A model generated the notes under the pieces. It was not told the DNA's origin. It saw nothing but the letters and a program-made list of their open reading frames with translations, and ran no database searches. A stretch of DNA of 58,408 nt, counting the filler, from Sphacelaria rigidula (lineage: Eukaryota): assembly GCA_964200075.2 (NCBI GenBank). It is 6 parts of 6 records of this genome, joined end to end, with 100 filler letters (N's around TTAATTAATTAA, not from the genome) between each part and the next. Parts side by side here need not be neighbours in the genome. Positions count along the whole stretch, not along the records: positions 48,759 to 58,408 come from CAXNAA020008032.1; 5 more parts are not named here. One strand, 5' to 3'. Within the stretch, counting starts at the first letter, position 1. Each line of letters opens with the position of its first letter. The position numbers and the translations under genes were made by a program. Below, piece by piece: positions 51,783-58,408 of the stretch.

Positions 51783-52454
51783 CTGTTGCAGGTTAAGGGC
51801 AACGCCTGGTTAAGGGCAACTTTTCGCTCAAGGGCAAGCGGTCCGGATTACGGGCAAGCGCCCCTGACTATGGGGAAGCGCACTTGGGTAGGGGGGAGCG
51901 CACCTGGATACGGGCAAGCGCCCCTGATTATTGGCATCTGCCCCTAGCGACGGAGAAGCGATATACGTATCGTCAACATATTCCCGAATCAGCCCAAGAA
52001 TGCAAAACTATCTAGGGCGTGCTAAGGACCCACGGTACACCGAGCCGAACCCTAACCTGTATCGCGTGCCCACAAGCGAGAAACGCCTGTATCGTGTGCC
52101 CACGAGCCAGAGACACACTTATCGTGGGTCCTTAGCAAGCCCCAGACAGTTTGGCATTCTTCGGCTGATTCGGGAATATGTTGACGATACGTGTATCGCT
52201 TCTCCGTCGCTAGGGGCAGATGCCAATAATCAGGGGCGCTTGCCCGTATCCAGGTGCGCTCCCCCCTACCCAGGTGAGCTTCCCCTTCCCCGGGTGCGCT
52301 TCCTCATAGTCAGAGGCGCTTCCCCGTACCCAGGTGCGCTTCCCCATTGTCAGGGGCGCTTCCCCCTAACCAGGGGCGCTTGCCCTTAATCCGGACCGCT
52401 TGCCCTTGAGCGAAACGTTGCCCTTGACCAGGCGTTGCCCTTAACCTGCAACAG
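51783..52454. mobile_element. Foldback-type non-autonomous element (about 670 bp) with long modular inverted arms
   Basis: CTGTTGCAGGTTAAGGGCAACGCCTGG ... CCAGGCGTTGCCCTTAACCTGCAACAG. The arms (about 250 and 330 bp) are built of 20-bp subrepeats plus a unique inner inverted segment, around a spacer of about 90 bp. Confidence 0.9.
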
Positions 52455-53199
52455 TTCCTCTTCCTGACTTGGTGAGCCCCCGCTGCTCTGCGGGTAGACT
52501 CCCCATCCCCCAACAAACTACCCTCCCGACTGGAAACCCTCGGATGTCTCCGCACTGTCAGCCTGTGAAACTGTTACGAAGCGAGGCTTGCTGTCTAAGG
52601 GGTCAAGATTTGACTCCGTATATGTTGCGTTTACTAAGGAACCTCCACGTTGCGTTTAAAACCGCTTCTTGATCGAGAGAGGCATCTCACACACGTACTC
52701 AACCACGTGGCACGAAAAAAGGACAGCCTGCGAACAATGAAGCCGGCGCGCTCTTAGGCAGAATCACACACCACGGAAATCACTACCGAGGTGGGGCACA
52801 CGATGTATCTAATTTGCAAATTTGCCATAAGACGCGCAAGTGACAGCAGTACTGCATTTCTTACCAAGAGTCAAAACATTTCACCTGGTGCATCTAGAAT
52901 CATTTTCTCCTCCCCTGGTGCTAAAACCCAAACAACGCAAAACCCCACCGCACCCCACACAACGCAGTTTTATTTTATTTTTTTCGTTTTTTCTTCGTTC
53001 TCGTTCTCCTTTTCCTGTTTGAAATCCAACCCTCCGCCCTGTGAGGCCGTGTCTTATCAATTTTTTTCCGGCTCGAACGAGTTCGTGCGGCGGAACTGAT
53101 TCACTTCGCTTTGCTAGGTTTGGGGCCGAGCGAATTTGCACGCTTTGAATCGACAAGGCGAAGCGAAGATCGTGAAGCGGTACTTCTTTACTTCTATTC

Positions 53200-54130
53200 A
53201 ATAGACAGTACAGAGCAGACAGTACAGACTGTACAACTGTGGCGGCCTGTACTGTACTGTTATCCACGTGGTGTGTGTTTCGCACAGCATGGGGACGCGA
53301 TGTGGAAAAGAAGCGGGCAAGCAAAACACAGCAGATTCGGCAGGCAGCACAGCTTTCTGACTCTCTGCATACAGAGGGATGCGAAGCAGATTTGAACCAC
53401 GTGCAGTTTTTCATCCCTTCGACCGTCCATGAGCGCCTTGGAAATTCGATCCCACCCCGACACGCAACTCCGTCGGTGGACCCTGCCACAAAATAAGATG
53501 CCTAAGTTTTTGCCAACAAGGAGAAACACATGCTAAAAGCGTGGTGGTGTCGGTTTCCTATCAACGCTGCAGTATATATCCCTGTGCTGAGTTCGTGATC
53601 TATGTCGCAGGGTTAGGTACGTGGCTGCGAATAAATCATGTGGGTTTTGCGTAATTTTGTGAAAGGGTGGTATCAGGCAGGGTAGTCTGCAACATAGGTA
53701 CTTATTTACCTATATTTAGTACAGTATAGACAGTACAGACTGAACAGCAGTGGCGACCTGTTCTACTGTACTGTGTTGTGTAGAGAGTGCGTGTGTTTCG
53801 CTCAGCATGCAGCCGCGATGTGGAAAAGAAGCGGTGAACGCGACATACAGCAGATTTGACTGCCGATACAGGTTTCTGACTCTCTGCATACAAGAGGATG
53901 CGAAGCAGATTTGAACCAGGTGTAGTTTTGCACCACCTCGACTGTATATGAGCGCCTTGGCAATTCGACCGCCTACCCCAACACGCAACTCCGTCGGTGG
54001 ACCCTGCCACAAAGTTAGATGCCTAAGTTTCGCCAACAAGATGAAATACATCATGCTAAAACAGTGGTGATGTCGGTTTCCTATTACTGCAGTGTGTATC
54101 CCTGCGCTGAGTTCTTGATCTCTGCCGTAA
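53200..54130. repeat. Diverged tandem pair (about 420-bp units, period about 520 bp)
   Basis: Shared cgcgatgtggaaaagaagcgg, tttctgactctctgcataca and acacgcaactccgtcggtggaccctgccacaaa. Confidence 0.9.
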
Positions 54131-56899
54131 GGTTGAGTAGGTATTCAATAGCTGCAAATGGACCATTTCGGATTTCCGTACTTCTGTGGAAGGGTAGTAT
54201 CTGGCACTGTTGTCTGCACCATGGGAGTTACGTGCCGCTTCGTTCATTACGCCACTCGTTTCGCTCGAAAAAGCTAAGCTTTTCTGTTTTTGACCCTACC
54301 CGTCGCGCGCAACTAAACATCAAATGAACTTGAAGCCATCTAGGAACATACGTGTCGTGGACATATCTGATTCGGCCTAGTAACGACCACTTCGATTCGA
54401 TCGCATGTTTTCGAGTCGGAAAAAAATTGAAAAGACACGGCCTGTCTACTGACTAAAAGACTGAACATATGATGGATCTGAAGGATGCGATCCTAGGCTG
54501 TGTTTGCTCCTATTTGACAGCCTAATAAAAATATGATTCAAATCGACTTGCACTAGCGAGCGCTGTATGCATCGATTCCTAGGCCTTGCCTTCATTCCTC
54601 GACCTGAATCGTCACTCCAACAGGAGATCGACCCTCCCGGTCGAAGGGTTTATCGATGTTGATCCGTTTATGCGGGAGTATTGTTTTCTGGTGGAGGATG
54701 TGTGCCACCCAGCCCGTTTCCTCGTCAGTGATGGATATCTATCACTCTGATTGCTCGTGTGCCGGTGATGGTCGGTGCAGGGTCATGTGTGTCATGACCA
54801 TATTCCATGACGGAGGCACCGAAAAATGTAAATGTCACTGGGTGGCGCCATCATATCACGGGGGGAATGCACTAGTTATGGCCATCACCTTCCAATGGAA
54901 AGTTCGAACACTTCGAGGAATTTCCGGCGACGTTTTCGCCACGACAAAGAGTACGTTTACTCGTTACAAGGCTGACATCTAGTTTTCAAAACTCTTGTAC
55001 ACATTGTGTGAATAAAAGCGCATGCACTCTTGGTCGTCGCGGAAATGTCACCAGATATTTTCAACAGCGCACAATTGCGATAATCGAAGAGCAATATTTT
55101 CCCCCGGCGGGTAAGGTCTACAACCTCCCCATTTTCTCCTCACAACTTGATATCCGTGCAATAATCGTAAACGAGGGCGAGAAGGACTGTACAAAAAAGG
55201 AAATACATGTGCAAGGAGTGCATTTGACAAGAGACGCAGTCTCCGTAAATGAAGGATTCCCACGTGTTCAGCGTCAAACTTCGACGGCCAGGCAACCCAA
55301 ATTGAAAAGAATTGACGACACTGATCTTCGGGATGGTCACGGGTCATGCGCATGAAGTCACCAAACTGGCATTACGGTAAATGATCCTTCGCATGTTCTC
55401 ATTGTTTATAAACGATTTAAAACATTTTTGGGAACTGCTCGTTTCACCCCAAAAATATGCGCGCAACAACATACAGCGTGTACCACGAAGAGATCGTTTG
55501 GTTCCCTTACTCTACGGACTCGTCCCGAGAAAGAGGGTAGGGGGTTGGCCCCTCGCTTGACAACAGACTCGTCTCGAGGAAGGGGGGAAAGGCTTGTCCC
55601 CTTGACACGACGGACTCGCCCCGATGGAGAGAAGGAAAGGGAAGGTCCTATCATATCAACGGCAATACTCCTTACACATGAACACGCAACGACCTGAGGC
55701 GATAGCTGGCCATAGCTTCTGTGGAATAGGGTGGAAACATACATCCAAACATGTGCATACATGGCGCTAGCGATCGACGCCATCCAGCTACTTTTGTGGT
55801 CAGCAATAGATATTAGTGGCCGCGATTCACCTTCTATCGTGACCCTCAATAGACATTGGTGGGCGCAACTGATATCCTGTTGTGACCAACAATATGTATT
55901 GGTGGCAGCGTGGTAGATCCTTTTGCAATTAGCAATAGACATTAGTGGCCACAACTCAGAGCCTATTGCACCAAATAAAATGTACCGATAGACAACTTGA
56001 CCCCTCCATTGTCACGGCAATAATACATTCTGCCCCCTGTCTCGAATCTATTGTCGCCTACAATAGCTATCGATAGACATTGATGCCAGTCGATTATGAC
56101 TGACAAAGAACATCGACAGTCAAATTTTCGGGGCTATTGCAGCGCCAATGTTCTATTACATAGACTATTGTCCAGGGTATAAGCAAATCTCACCCACACA
56201 CAAAATTACTGTAAGCGCTCACGTCCATCAGAGGGACAACCATAAGTACCAACATCACAGCAACAACAAAAGCTGAAACCGTTTGTCCACACATATTGCG
56301 GATTCCTACAAAATACAAGCGTTCCGGAAGTAGAAACGTGATGTCATACATTCACAACTAGTATCATTATATACCCATTGCATGTCCACCTTGGGCTTCT
56401 CTACCGTACCTTAAAGGAGTATAATATGCTCTATATATGTAGTATGTTACCATGTAGGCACAGCGATTACACGACAGAGAATATCTATCGGTAGGCACTA
56501 TACAGTATACCACAGTAGATTCTGGTTTGTATCGAAGGGTATTGATTGCCGCCATGCATAGATTTATACGCGATCTATCAATAGCTATTGACGTCATCAA
56601 TAGATTTATCTGTCGAAACAGTAGCCATTGTTGTTATCAACAGATCTGGCACGCGGTCTATCGATAGCCAATGCCGTCATCAAAAACTTTGGGAAGCTAT
56701 CGATCGATGCATTTGGTCGGCCGCAATAGATTTCGGTGTGGGGCCACCGCAGACTGCTGCCCAGGCAAGAGTGTGGGAAACTATTCTATCGATAGACTTT
56801 GCCAGCGACAATAAAAAGATGAACTTACCGATCGATTGCCATTACGGATGACAATATTGGCATCTGCTGCAGCAGATTATATTGCTATCGCAATACATG

Positions 56900-57580
56900 A
56901 TCAACTCTCGAATTGCCGGACTCGTACACGGGGGCACCACTGTGGAGCCCGTTTCTAACTGTATTATGAAGACGTACATCGAGACGGACGATAACAGCCA
57001 AGGCATTAACCGCAGCTTCCATGGCCACAGCAGCAGAAAAATCCGCACCCAGACCATTCCTCGGTAAAGCGGTAAGCCTAAATTTTCACAGCCATGAGTA
57101 TGACACCAAGAGGACGCACCACAATAGCACTTTGCCCATTCGAGCCCGACACTGAAGAAGTGAGATTTGTTAAATGACGTGGGGCGCGCGTACAGGTCCA
57201 TCATCGGGACATTTCAATATTTTCACCCTCGTCCGTTTCAAGAGGACGCTATCCAGCACACCGGGAGCAATTATCTGGCACTTCAAGTCGAAGTCTCAGC
57301 AGCCAAGTGTAACTCTCTTCGGCTTTGCAGTTTTCAACTTCGAACATTCAATACCACGCATGGCCGGCGGTTTCGGAACTCCGACACCGCCACGTTTGAC
57401 ATCTTTCTTAGTGCTAAGGTGAGGGTTACGGTTAGGGTGCTGGTTCGGGAACCCCAGTGCTATGGAGTGCTGCGAACATGCGCACCCTGTTTTTGGATTC
57501 TTTTTTTTGTAGCATTTGTCACGAGCGAAACGCTTACGATAGAGAGCGAGTCTCGCATTGCCGTGGGCCGTTGATCCTCT
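56900..57580 (+). repeat. Second copy of the 49040-49900 repeat, lacking an internal segment
   Basis: Same shared blocks in the same order. Confidence 0.85.
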
Positions 57581-58408
57581 GCGCTCTCAAGTTATTACCT
57601 ATACTTTCGGAATAGCTGTGCGCAGCTCACAGCGTGCTTCCAAACCCCACCGCTATACTTTGATGAGCCTTTGTGGTACATGCATCACCATTCTGTACAC
57701 GCGACGCGAATAAGATGGTGGTGCGCCGATGAAAAACACTACCATGTACTAAACTATGCAATACACCACACCGCCATGTACACACGACACAACGTCTATG
57801 CCTCCCTCGCGACGTTATCAACAGCTGACGATTGAGCTATGCTCGGCGGTGAACCCACGGAAATACTGGGATGTGTTATGAACAGACCATATTCCGTTTC
57901 ATGACATTCAGTTGAGCGGGCGCATCAAGTGTGCTGGGATGTCCCTTCGCTCCGTACGCTCCGAACGTCAACACCCGTGACCCAGTGTGCACAGGTCAGC
58001 GCTTCTTTCAAGTCGTGCGAAATACTTCTGCCAAGAATACCGATAACAACTTGGGTGTCGAAAACCAAACCATGATAGGGTGACTTTCATACACACATGA
58101 ATACATTTCCTGAAGAATGTAAAGCTGCTTCTTCCATTGTTTCGTCGTTGTACACTTTTCAATCGGCAAATATTCGGAAAAATGAGAGACTCTGCACGTG
58201 CTATTGTTACAGTATTTGCATTTCCCCTGGGAGCGCGCTAGCTGAGTGCATGGGGTACAGGGATGGCCAGCACTTACTTTTAAGCGGTGAAAGTGCAACC
58301 TGCAAACACTATCCTCCGAAATAAAAGACCAGATCATTTGTGTCGTGTGCATATCGGATACAAACAGGGTTGCCAGAAAATTGAGAACGTATTTTGAAAT
58401 GAGAATCA

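Noticed and set aside
51931..52389. 152-aa ORF
   Set aside because: Arises from the subrepeats of the foldback element.

Overview
Eukaryotic, intron- and repeat-rich genomic DNA, most consistent with a brown alga (Phaeophyceae; inferred from gene style and a characteristic LINE). The window is not one locus. Six scaffolds of near-identical, descending length (9653, 9652, 9651, 9651, 9651, 9650 bp) are joined by 100-nt N spacers containing TTAATTAATTAA, so adjacency across spacers is artificial. Spliced genes reconstructed by hand with phase-consistent junctions: (1) the 3' part of a C2 + DysF (dysferlin/peroxin) domain protein, probably with one GC-AG intron (+, 5296-8957); (2) the 5' half of a flavin-containing monooxygenase (-, 9860-13204); (3) the last exon of EF-1-beta (-, 18220-18306); (4) the 5' part of a family-16 protein methyltransferase (+, 30293-33545); (5) a CPHC glutaredoxin (+, 42849-46343). 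Weaker candidates are a single-pass membrane protein and a spliced locus with in-frame stops. The remainder is mostly degenerate transposons: LINE fragments, hAT-, Tc1/mariner- and piggyBac-like MITEs, a 670-bp foldback element, a possible solo LTR, and possible Gypsy and USP-like protease remnants. No tRNA, rRNA or CRISPR array was found, and I cannot support a multi-gene novel system here.
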